Position numbers and translations under genes: made by a program
Shown: piece after piece, positions 16,291 to 33,320 of the stretch
Numbering within the stretch: the stretch's first letter is position 1
Layout of the letters: each line of letters opens with the position of its first letter
The notes under the pieces: generated by a model
What the model saw: the letters and a program-made list of their open reading frames with translations, nothing else
Databases searched by the model: none
Told to the model about the DNA's origin: nothing
Source of the DNA: the human T2T-CHM13v2.0 reference genome, Homo sapiens
Strand: one strand, 5' to 3'
Assembly (NCBI RefSeq): GCF_009914755.1
Contig: NC_060943.1
DNA: 64,000 bases

Positions 16291-18705
16291 TCAGTCATTT
16301 CATGTATACGTGTAACTTTCTCTTTATATTATAAATTACAACATTTACAAATAAAGGAATTTATCTCCCATATTTCAAATACATGCTGTCAAGTTTGGCT
16401 AAGTCCCCAGAAGTACACAGTCACCCTCATCTGAGACGTGTAGGACTGCAAGGGAATGTGTTTGGGGGTTTAGGAAGTCACTTATGGACACGTGAAGGTG
16501 GAGATGCCTGTTTGATGTCCCAGCAGAGAGCTGAGGAGACAACTGGACACAGGATTGTAGAGCTCAGTGGAGAGGCCTGCAGGGGACATGGGTAGGTGGG
16601 TTAAAGCCGTGAGATGAGATAAGGAAAAGCAGTGGGTGTGGACAGAGACAAGAATAAGTTCAAGATGATTTGAGTCTAATCCCGTTTTTCCATTCCGGTA
16701 TTTGTGGGTTTTTTTACATTTTTGGAGGACAGGAATCCATTTAAAATTCAAATCACACCTGAGCATCACCCTCTCCTACAGGAAAAGCCACACACTTATT
16801 TGGCAAAGTATTTCAGGGGTCAGCGTCACTCTGACTGAGCTTTTCTGGTCTTATTCCTCACCTGTACATTACTGGTTGAGTCACTGTTGTTACGAGCAGG
16901 AGACACTTCACCAAGTTATCCTGAGAAGCTCCGAGTTGAGTCAGAAGGAGGTGTGGCTGATTCCCACGCGATGGTCTGGAAGCGCCAATAGGCTGTGTTG
17001 GTCTTCCTTCTCTAGAAAATTCCAGGATGGGCCGGGCATGGCGGCTCACCCTGTAATCCCAGCACTTTGGGAGGCTGAAGTGGGTAGACCATTGAGCCCA
17101 GGAATTTGAAACCAACGTGGGAGACGTGGTGAAACCGCGTCTCTACCAAAAGTATAAAAAATTAGCCAGGTCTGGTGGTGTGCATCTGTGGTCTCAGCTA
17201 TTTGGGAGGCGGACTGGGGTGGATCACTGGGCCTGGGAGATGGAGGTTGCAGTGAGCCAAGATTGTGTCCCTGCACTCAAGTATGGGTGACAGAGTGACA
17301 CTCTTGTCTCAAAAAAGGAAGAAAAAAGTTTCAGGACCATTCTATATACCTGAGCAAATGAAATGTCTCTTTCAATGTCTAAGGTTTTGATGGCATGAAT
17401 CCTAAACATAATTATTTTCTGAGAAAAATGACTGTAATACGTTCAAAATAAACACAATTTTGAACACATAGCTATAAGTGTTTAAAACATTGAAAAAGAA
17501 GCAGCGGTACAAATGAGATCTGAGCAAATGTTTTCGTCATGAACATATGGGCTCTGCTGGAACAAGGTTCCAGGTCAATCCAGCCCATCCTTCAACATCT
17601 GCAAAGAATATTATGGACCAGAGGAACTTGAAGGGAACATTTACTTAAAAGCTCACAGCTCACTATTTACTCAGATGACATAAAGAAAATGGAATAATAG
17701 GCTACATGAACTAAATTTTGATGTTAGCATAAAGAAAAAGTTCCTTGATATCTTTATCAAGTACACATTGAAACAAGCTAAAATCATTTATCAGGTACCA
17801 GAAAATGTTTCCAATATATGACACAGACTAGAAAGCATGCAGTCCTCAATGTAAACTAAACACAATAAATTTCAGAGAAAAACAATTTACAGTGGTTAAA
17901 AATATATATATATATAATAAAATGTGGGGTCAAAGAAATTTTTCATTACATATCATAGTTGGAAAACAATGATGTGACTTCGTAAGATTATACCAAAGCT
18001 TATTTGAGAAGCAGTTATTTACTTTATTTTTATTTTGTTGAGATGGAGTCTCACCCTGTAGCCCAGCTGGAGTGTAGGTGCGCCATCTCAGCTCATTGCA
18101 ATGTCCGCCTCCTGGATTCAAGCGATTCTCCTGCCTCAGCCTCCTGAGTAGCTGGGATTACAGGCACTCGCCACCAAACCAAGCTAATTTCTATATTTTA
18201 GTCAAGACGAGGATTCACCATGTTACCCAGGCTGTTCTCAAATACCTTGCCTCTGGTGATCCGCCTGTTGTCGCCTCCCAAAGTGCTGGGATTACAGGTG
18301 TGAGCCACAGCACCTGGCTTTTTTTTTTTTTTTCAATTAAGAAACAAGCCGGGCTTGGTGGCTCATGACTGTAATCCCAGCACTTTGGGAGGCCGATGCA
18401 GCTGGATCGCCTCAGCCCTGGAGTTCGAGACCAGCTTGGGCAACATGGTGAAAGCCCATCTCTACTAGGAACACAAAAATTTGCCGGGTGCAATGGCGCA
18501 TGGCTGTGGTCCCAGTGACTTTGGAGGCTGAAATGGGAGGATCCCTTGAACCCAGGAGGTTGAAGCTGCAGTGAGCTCTGATGCTGTCACTGCTTTCATG
18601 CCTGGGCAACAGAATGAGACCCATCTCCAATAAAAATGACAAAAGAGGAAACACATGCGTCCTGGGTCTGGGGACAGGGGGAATCTAAGGCCAATTAACA
18701 CGAAC

Positions 18706-18962
18706 CTCAGGAGGTCCTGACGATGTGTGCCCAAGGTGTTGAGGCTGCAGTTTACTTTCACACATTTTATGGACACGAGACAGCAATCAATACATAAAAC
18801 ATATACATTGTTCCGGTCTGGAAAGGTGGAATAACTGGAATTGGGGGGCTTCCGGGTCACAGGTAGATAACAAATGATCACATTCTTTGAGTCTTTGATC
18901 AGCCTTTCACTAAATACACAATTTATATGTGAGAGCGGGAGGAGGAATAGTCACTTACGTCT
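18706..18962 (-). mobile_element. MER4A-family ERV1 LTR fragment
   Basis: cctcaggaggtcctgacgatgtgtgcccaagg...gaggaatagtcactta resembles the reverse complement of the recalled MER4A consensus. Confidence 0.65.
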
Positions 18963-19449
18963 TAGACTGGAGTACAGTGGCATGATCACGGCTCCCTGCA
19001 GCCTCTACCTTCCAGGCTCAAGCCATCCTCCCAATGCAGTCTCCACAGAAGCTGAACCAGCAGACATGTGCCACCATGCCCAGCTAATTTTTGTATTTTT
19101 TGTGGAGACAGGGGTTTCACCATTCTGTCCAGGCTGGTCTTGAATACCGGGGCTCACATGACCCAGCTGTCTCAACCTCTGAAAGTGCTGGTATTACAGG
19201 CCTGAGCCACTGCATCTGGTCTCATCGCAAATTTGATATTTCTTCTTGTTTCAATTTTAGCAGAATTTACATTGCTTTGATTGAGTCTCTTTTCAAACTG
19301 ATTTTACCCTTCTGAGTGCCTCAAACTAGACCCTGTTCAGACATGTTATAACAGATTTGTACCATTTTATTTTGGTGCAAAAAATGTGACATCATGCACA
19401 ATTTTCTCATAACATGTATTTTTTCATGAACTTCGTGAAGACCCCTTGT

Positions 19450-20290
19450 ACTAGCAAACTGTATTCAAGAGGATATAAAAAGGATTGTAGATATGCAAGT
19501 GCCACTTATTTCTGAGATACAAGGATGGTTCAACATATTCAAGCAAATCAATGTGATATACCACTTGAACATAATGAAAGATGAAAACCACATCATCTCA
19601 ATACATGTAGAAAAAGCATTTCACAAAATTCAACATCATCATGGAAATCCTACCCAAAATAGTTAGAGAAGGAAATTTACCTCAACAGTACAAAGACAAT
19701 CCATGAAACGACCACAGTGGAAATAAACAATCAGGGAAAATGGAATGCTTTTCCTGTAGGATCTCACATGATGCAAGAATGCTCTCACCCTTTCTATTCA
19801 ATCAATGCTGGCTGTCCCAGCCAGAACAATGAAATAGCAATAGAAATCGAACTCATCCAAATCAGAAAGAAAGAAGTCAAATTTTATTTGTTTGTAGATG
19901 ACATGATCTGTGAAGAATATCACAGTCAACCAAAATACAACTGGAACTAATAAACATATTCAGTGTATTTGCAGAATAGAATAATAGCACCAAAAATTAG
20001 TTGAATTTCCATACATTAACATTAAATAATTTTAAAATAAAATTAAAAACCACTTCCATTTGCTAAAGAGCTTAAAGTAAGAAATATTTAGGAATAAACA
20101 TATAAAGGTGAGAAGTTTGTACCTTGAAATCTACAAACATTGATCAAAATGATTAAAAACATATAAATACACATACAATCCATATTGATTGGAAAAATTA
20201 GTATTGCTCAATGATTATATAACCGAATGTGATTTAGATTCAACACAATACTCATAGAAATCCCCATAACTTTTTGTTAAAGAAACAAAA
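19450..20290 (+). mobile_element. Old L1 ORF2 fragment spanning the ZNF28 3' end (paralog at 60410-61265)
   Basis: Decayed L1 ORF2 motifs (caaggatggttcaacata, gtagatgacatgatc, gaactaataaac). Confidence 0.75.
19883..19969 (-). terminator. ZNF28: Candidate ZNF28 polyadenylation signals (AATAAA 19883-19888; variant AATACA 19964-19969)
   Basis: Hexamers on the minus strand downstream of the 3'UTR; the site actually used cannot be determined from sequence. Confidence 0.4.
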
Positions 20291-20899
20291 AACAGGCCAG
20301 TCACGGTGGCTCACGCCCATAATCTCAGCACTTCGGGAGGTAGAGGTGGGTGAATCATAAGATCAGAAAATCGAGACCATCCAGGCTAACACAGTGAAAC
20401 CCAGTCTCTACTAAAAATACAAAAAATTATCCAGGTGTGGTGGCACGCACCTGTAGTCCCAGCTAGTCAGGAGACTGAGGCAGGAGGATCGCTTGAACCT
20501 GGGAGGCGGAGGTTGTAGTGAGTCAAGATCATGCCACTGCACTCCAACCTGGATGACAGAGCAAGAGACTCCATCTCAAAAACAAAAACAAAAAAAAGAA
20601 AAAAGAAAGAAAGAATAGAAATGAAAACACAGGCTGGGAAAAGTGGCTCCCGTCTGTTGGCCAGGCTGTTCTCAAACTCTTAACCTCCAGTGACCTACCA
20701 GTCTTGGCCTCTCAAAGTGCTGGCATTGCAGGCGTGAGCCACAGTGCCCAGCCCAGTCCTCTTAACATAAACAGTTTAATGTCAATTAATGCTTAAACTC
20801 AATGTTAAGTCAACTCAAACTCAGGTCAGTGCTCATTTAACTGTAATGTCAATTAATGCTTGATGGCTTGCTATACTAATGGCATTTGAAACAACTGTC

Positions 20900-24241
<3,342 letters not shown>

Positions 24242-24917
24242 TTATTTTAAACTTCCCAAACATGATCTTCAAAGTTTAAGAACACAAAAGGAGTAAGATT
24301 CTTTAATAAATAAAGGGCGATTATATGTCTTTCAAATCAATTCCATGAAAGTCTATTTCCTATATCATGACAAAACACTGACAGGGCACAAACATGTGTG
24401 AGCCTAAAGTAAGGAGTGTTTTTCCACTGTGACCCTAAAGTGTATCACACTTTGCAAAAAACACATCACTATCACATCAAAAAAAGAAAAATATATATTC
24501 TTCATATTTACAGCGTATTTAGTGTATACAAATAAATGCTAAAGAACCACACAATATACTATATTGGTAAATAATCCAAAACAAGCTGTTGTAAGGATAA
24601 CCAAAATCAATGGAAATTCTGTATTGTCAAACAATCATAGCACTGACAAGATAACAAAAGATTATAAAAATTAGCCAGGTATGGTGGCCCGTGCCTGTAC
24701 TCACAGCTACTCTGAAGGCTGTGTCACAAGAATTGCGTTAAGCCAAAGGCAAAGGTTGCTGTAAGCCAATATTACACCACTGCACTCCAGCCCAGGTGAC
24801 AAAATGAGCCTCCATCTCAAAAAAACAAAAAAACAAACAAACAAAAAAAGGCAGGGCATGGTGGCTCATGCCTGTAATCCCAGTACTTCTAGAGGGCAAG
24901 GCAGGCAGATCACCTCA

Positions 24918-25448
<531 letters not shown>

Positions 25449-26075
25449 TGATCCCCTTGCCTCAGCCTCCCAAAGTGCTGGGATTATAGGCATGAGCCAC
25501 CGCACACGGCCGACTTTTAAAAAAAATTTTATGTATTTTTATTTTTTTGAGATACAGTGTCACTCTGTCACCCAGGCTGGAGTGCAATGGTATGATCTTG
25601 GCTCAATGCAACCTCTGCCTTGGGGTTCATGTGAGTCTCTTCCTTAGGTTCTGAGCACCTGGGAATGCAGGCACATGCCACTGTGCCCGGCTAATTTTTG
25701 TATTTTTAGTAGAGATGGGGTTTGGTGAAACCTGTTGACCAGGCTGGTCTCGAACTCCTGACCTCAGGTGATCCACACATCTCAGCCTCCCAAGACCTGG
25801 GATTACAGGCATGAGCCACTGCACCCTGTGGCACTTTGTGACATTATCTAGGGGAGTGTCAGTTATATTGCATACCACATACCGAAAACTCACATATAAA
25901 GTCATAAAAATCAATTAATCAAATATTGCAACCCATGATAAAACAAGCAAGAAAATAACAAGTAGATTTATACAGACTGAAGAATTCTAAACAATTCCCT
26001 CTTAAGAAAAAAGCCAAAACTTGTACTTACCACCAGCACACAACGTAAGAACTGAAATAGATGTTAAGATCACTA

Positions 26076-26260
<185 letters not shown>

Positions 26261-26439
26261 TTAGCTGGGTGTGGTGGAGGGTGCCTGTAATCCCAGGTAC
26301 TTGGTAGTCTGAGGCAGAAAACATTTGTACCCAGAAGGTGAAGGTTGCAGTGAGCTGAGATCATGCCACTGCATTCCAGCCTGGGCAACAGGATGAGACT
26401 CCATCTCAAAAAAATAAAATAAGATAAATAACTACTTCT

Positions 26440-26745
26440 CAAATAAGCTTTGGTAGATGTGGTATTCTCTAATAGGATGTTCCTGCAGATGCAGACCTTG
26501 AGAGAATTTAGCATGGGTGTCGACTACTCATGAATAGGACTAGTGCATTTATAGAGACATTAAAGAGCGTGTTGCCTGTTCCTCTTTTCACTGTATTAGG
26601 ACACAGCAGGAAGATGGCTGGGCTAAACCATGAAGAAGGCTCTCACCAGGAACCAATTTGGCTGGCACCTTGCTCTTGGATTTCCCACTTTCCAAATTCA
26701 TGAGAAATCAATGTCTTTGTCTTAAGCCTCCCAGTTTAAGCAATT
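26440..26745 (+). mobile_element. MaLR (MLT1/MST-like) LTR fragment; partial paralog at ~51040-51175
   Basis: ctcaccaggaacc...gctggcaccttgctcttggatttccc...gagaaatcaatgtctttgtcttaagcctcccagtt resembles a MaLR 3' half. Confidence 0.6.
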
Positions 26746-27500
26746 TCCTTTTTTGTTTGTTTTTGAGATGGAGTCATGCTCTATCACCCAGGCTGGAGTG
26801 TAGTGGCATGATTCTCCTACCTCAAGTGATTCTCCCTCCTCAGCCCAGTCTTACTCTGTCTCCCGGTCTGGAGTAGAGTAGCGTGATCTTGGCGCACTGC
26901 AACCTCCACCTCCTGGGTTCCAGTGATTCTCCTGCCTCAACCTCCCAAGTAGCTGGGATTACAGGCGCACGCCACCATACACAGCTAATTTTTGCATTTT
27001 TAGTAGAGACAGGGTTTCACCATATTGGCCAGGCTTGTCTCAAACTCGTGACCTCAAGTGATCAACCGATCGCAGTCTCCCAAAGTGCCAGGATTACAGG
27101 TGTGAGCCACTGCACCTAGCCCATTTTTGGCATTTAGTAAATTCGAGGTTTCACCATGTTGGCCAGACTGGTCTCAAACTCCTGACCTCAAGCGATCTAC
27201 CCACCTTGGTCTCTGAAAGTGCTGGGATTAGAAAAGTGAGACATCACAGCTGGCCAGTCTAAGCTATTTCTAACAGGACAGTGAAATGACAGAGACAGGA
27301 GAAAGAGCATCTCATCATCAACATCACCAAAGGCTGACAAATCTTATTAAACAAAGGAAGTTAAGAGTCTGTACTGTAAAACTTGCAATACTTGAAGCCA
27401 TCTAATAGCACTAACATGTTTTAAAAAACTTGAGACAGGCCAGGTGCGGTGGCTCATGCCAGTAATCCCAGCATTTTGGGAGGCTGAGGTGGGAGGATCA

Positions 27501-27809
<309 letters not shown>

Positions 27810-27864
27810 TCACGCCAATAATCCCAGCACTTTGGGAGGCTGAGGCTGGCAGATCACCAGGTCA

Positions 27865-28235
<371 letters not shown>

Positions 28236-28620
28236 TCACCTGAGGTCAGGAGTTCGAGTCCAGCCTGGCCAACAAAAAGAAACAGTCTCTACTAAAAATA
28301 CAAAATTAAATGGGTGTGGTGGTGCATATCTGTAATCACAGCTTCTCAGGGGCCTGAGGCAGGAGAATCGGTTGTACCCGAGAGGCAGAGGTTGCAGTGA
28401 GCTGAGATCGCAGCATCGTACTTCAGCCTGGGTGACAACAGCAAAACTCAGTCTCATAAATACATAAAGTAATTAATTAATAAAAGGACAGATACAGAAA
28501 CTGGCATATGTATACCTTCATAACTAAACTTTTTTCATATTTAAAATAAAAGGCATGAAAAACACTGTACATATATGTTAACAAAAATGCAACATACACA
28601 GAAATAATTCTGACAAATAA

Positions 28621-28791
<171 letters not shown>

Positions 28792-29560
28792 TGAGTAGCT
28801 TGGATTACAGCCACCCACCACGGCACCTGGCTAATTTTTGTAACTTTAGTAGAAACGAAGTTTCAACATGTTAACCAGGCTAGTTTTGAACTCCTGACTT
28901 CAGGTGATATGCCCATCTCAGCCTCTCAAAGTGCTGGGATTACAGGTGTCAGCCACTGCACACGTCCAGGTTATGGTAATTTTAAGTTTCTTTATTATGC
29001 TATAACTTTAATATGTTTAACATACCTGCAACAATAACCTCTGCCCAAATATCTAAAGAACTACAAGACAAAACTATTTAAAATAATAACAATGGTTAGG
29101 CATGGCAGCTCATGCCTACGGTCCCAGTGTTTTGGGAATCTGAGGCAAGTGGGTCACTTGAGATCAGAAGTTTGAAACCAGCCTGGCCAACATGGTGAAA
29201 CACCGTCTCTACTAAAAACACAAAAATTAGCTGGGCATGGTGGTGAGCGCCTGCAGTTCCAGCTACTCAGGAATCTGGGGCATAAGCATCCTTTGAGCCC
29301 AGGAGGCAGAGGCTGCAGTTAGCCAAGATCGTACCAGTGCACTGTAGCCTGGGCAACAGAGTGAGACTCTGTCATAAAAAAAGAGAGAAAGAAAGAATAG
29401 AAAGAAAGAGCAGAGAGATAAGCGGGGGCAAAGAAAGATATCTTTTCAGAGATGTGAGGATTTAAACTTTTCTTTTGCCACAGAATTCTCCCACTTGCAG
29501 AGAGTCTCCCCACACACTATTTGAAGGTGGAGCTTCCACTCTGCCCATCTGAGCTCTTAC

Positions 29561-29684
29561 CTGCATTTACACCTGTAATACATTCCCACCCATCTGGATT
29601 TTTTTGTTATTTTCACTTAACTCTCCACAGTCCAGGGCTCTTTCCCTTGCTCCAACATGGAGACAGCAGGTCAGAAAGAGACTC
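29561..29684 (-). pseudogene. Degenerate KRAB-B exon in ZNF28 intron 3 with intact splice sites
   Basis: Encodes the remnant SMLEQGKEPWTVES* out of frame; acceptor ataagcag, donor CAG|gtaaga; 124 nt long. Confidence 0.85.
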
Positions 29685-30399
29685 CTGCTTATAAAAAGAA
29701 AGGACCATAACATGCTGGAGCTTTCTAGAGTCCCAGCCCTATGTTTCTGTAGGAAAGAAGACATTACAGATGAATCTAGGAAAATATTTCACAAATTCCT
29801 CCACTGACTGCCTCATTCTGAATGCTTGGGGAGCACTGTAATATGTAGTATGTGGACATCGAGCTCTCTTCCAAGAACTACAGAATCGAAAGCACAGGAG
29901 AAGCAAACAGGGAACTGGATATCTTTAAAGTCTGCCATAAGGTTTGTTTTTGTCTTTGTTTTTTGAGACAGAGTCTTGCTCTGTCGTCCGGGCTGGAGTG
30001 CAGTGGTGTGTTCTCAGCTCAATGCAAACCTTGGCCTCCTGGGTTCAAGTAATTCTCTTTCCTCAGCCTCTCTAGGAGCTGGGATTACACATATGCATCA
30101 CCATGCCCGGCTAACTTTTGTATTTTTAGTACAGACAGGGTTTCTGCATGTTGGCCATGCTGGTTTTGAACTCCTCACCCATAGCGATCCACACGCCTTG
30201 GCCTCCCAAGGTGCTGGGATAACAGGCGTGAGCCACCACGACCAGGCTGCCATAAAGTTTTATGCCTACTTTACTTCTGGAAGCTCCACTGAGCTATCAT
30301 GAAGAATGCAGAACCTCTAAACAAAGGGGACAGTGAAAGTCCAGATGCTACATCATGAAGCTTTTCATTTCAAAATCAATACGGCTTCCATTTTAGTCA

Positions 30400-30624
<225 letters not shown>

Positions 30625-33320
30625 TTAACCAAATGGTTATGGTGGAGTTCTTATCTTTACAGAAAATGACAAGAGAGGGGGAAAGCATGGATTTAGTTGT
30701 AGTGAATGTTCTCACAAATCCGAGTGACGGATTTTTCACCACATGATGTTTTTATTATACTTTTTGAAGTGATCAAGACACACTTTCAGTATGAAATTCC
30801 TAAGTTTGTGAAAAATTCAAGAAATAAATAAAAAATCAGTGTTGGATTCCTGTTATAAAAATGTTTGAAACTTTTATAGACACACCAAGTGACATTCATT
30901 ATCTAGATGAGAGAGAGCATGACTGATGTCTTAAAAGATGACAATGTCCACAGTAAGAGACAGGCTGGGCACAGTGACACATGTCTGTAATCCCAGCTAC
31001 GCAGGAGGCTGAGGCAGAATTGCCTGATCCTGGGAGGCAGAGGTTGCAGAGATCCCAGACAGTGTCACTGCACTCCAGCCTGGGCAACAGAAACTCCATC
31101 TCAAAAAAAAAAAAATTAAAAAAAAAAACAAAAAACATTAGCTGGACCTGGTGGCAGGCACCTGCGGTCCCAGCTACTTGGAAGGCTAAGGAGGGAGGAT
31201 GGCTTGACCCTGAGGGTGGAGGTTGCAGTGAGCTGTGATCCCACCAGGGCACTCAAGCCTGGGCAACAAACCGAGACCCCATCTCAAAATAAAATAAAAT
31301 ACGTGAAAACAAAATTACTCAAAGTACAAAAATCAATTGTGTTTCTAAATTTTCACAAAATAATAAAACCTAGAGACTCACAAAACACTAGATGTGAATA
31401 CAAAGGGTTGTCATTTGTCCCAGATTTTCAAAATATAAAAGATTTTCAAAATATATACAGATGTGTGTATATATGTATTTGTATGTATATGTGTGTGCAT
31501 GTGTGTGGGGATATATATGTACATATATGAAGTTTTAAAAAATATAAAAAGTAGCAAGTTTTGTTTAACTGAAGAGGAATCTCATCTTGCTGGAAAAGGA
31601 CACTTGGGCAGTTGCGGGCAGGGGGAATCTTGTCAGATCTAAGAAAATGGAAATGCCCCATCCTAGAAGAAGCAATCACCCTTTCAACTGCCTGACCTGG
31701 AGGAATGTTCAGATATCTGTAGTAATGCGGGTGTGCACAGAGGCAGCCACTATGGCACTCTTTATACAGGGAAAAGTTGCAAAGGACACATGTGTTGTCA
31801 TTCAGCCAATTTCCAATGCAGATGTCAAAGAGCAAGCTAGCCATGTTCACTAACATGACAACATGTAAATTCACAACTAGCAGGATGAAATATCGAACTA
31901 AAATATTTACTGGAACACAAAGAAGAAAATAGACACTGGCGTCTACTTGAGGGTGGAGGGTGGGAGGAAGGAGAGAAACAGAAAACATAACTATTATGGG
32001 CCTGGCGCGGTGGCTCACGCCTGTAATCCCAGCACTTTAAGAGGTCAAGGTGGGTGAATAACCAGGTCAAGAGTTCAAGACCAGCATGGCCAAGATAATG
32101 AAAGCCCTTCTCTACTAAAAATACAAAAAATAGCCAGACGTGGTGTTGGCTGCCTGTAATCTCAGCTACTCGAGAGGCTGAGGCAGCAAAACGCTTTAAC
32201 CCAGGAGGAGGGGGTTGCAGTGAGCTGAGATCATGCCACTTCACTGCAGCCTGGGTGACAGAGCGAAAAAAAAGGAGCCCAGTCTGAGCGGCGAAGGCAG
32301 CGGCGGCGGCGGCGGCGGCGGTGGCGGTGGTGGCAGTAGCACTGGGCCTGCGGGCGGTCCGGGATCCAGGCCGGGGCGGCGCCATCTTGTGCCCGGGGCC
32401 GGTGGGGAGGCCGGGGAGGTTGCCCCGGGGGGCGCAGGGGACGATGGGAACGGCCTGGAGTCTGAGGAACTGGAGCCTGAGGAGCTGCTGTTGGAGCCGG
32501 AGCCCGAAGAGGAGCCGCTCCAGCCCCGCGCCCCATGCCTGGGAGCTCCAGGACCTGGGCCTCGTTCAGGAGCCACCGGCAGCCAAGAGGAGGGGGAGGA
32601 GCCGGGACTGGTCGAGGGTGACCCGGGGCTGGAAGCTATCGAAGCTGCAGTCAGGGAGGTGGAGGAAGAAGCTGAGAAGCTAAAGGAGCTACAGAACGAC
32701 GTAGAGAAGCAGAGGAATATGAGTCTACCTCCAGGCAATGCTGGCCCAGTGATCACGTCCATTGAGGAGAAGATGGAGGCTGATGCCCGTTCCATCAATG
32801 CTGGCAATGTGGACTGCGGTGCAACAGCAGAAGAGCTGGAAGCTCACTTTCATGGCTGTGGTTCAGTCAACCACGTTACCATACTCTGTGACAAATTTAG
32901 TGGCCATCCCAAAGGGTTTGCATATATAGAGTTCTCAAAGAGTCAGTGAGGACTTCCTTGGCCTTGGATGAGTCCCTATTTAGAGGAAGGCAAATCAAGG
33001 TGATCCCAAAGCGAACCAACAGACCAGGCATCAGCACAACAGACCGGGGTCTTCCACGAGCCCGCTACCGCGCCCGACCACCAACTACAGCAGTTCCTGC
33101 TCTCCATTCTACAGTGGTTTTAACAGCAGGCTCTGGGGTCGCGTCTACAGGGGCCGGGCTAGAGCGACATCACGGTATTCCCCTTACTAAAAAAAATGTG
33201 TATTAGGAGAGAGAGGAAAAAAAGAGGAAAGAAGGGGAAAAAAAAAGAATAAAAAAAAACCCAAAAAAACAGAAGATGACCTTGATGGAAAAAAATATAC
33301 ATATATTTTTAAAAAAAGAT

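Noticed and set aside
32241-32807. Minus-strand Pro/Ala-rich ORFs over the PABPN1 retrocopy
   Set aside because: Antisense shadows of a GC-rich CDS; I found no splice sites linking them to ZNF28.
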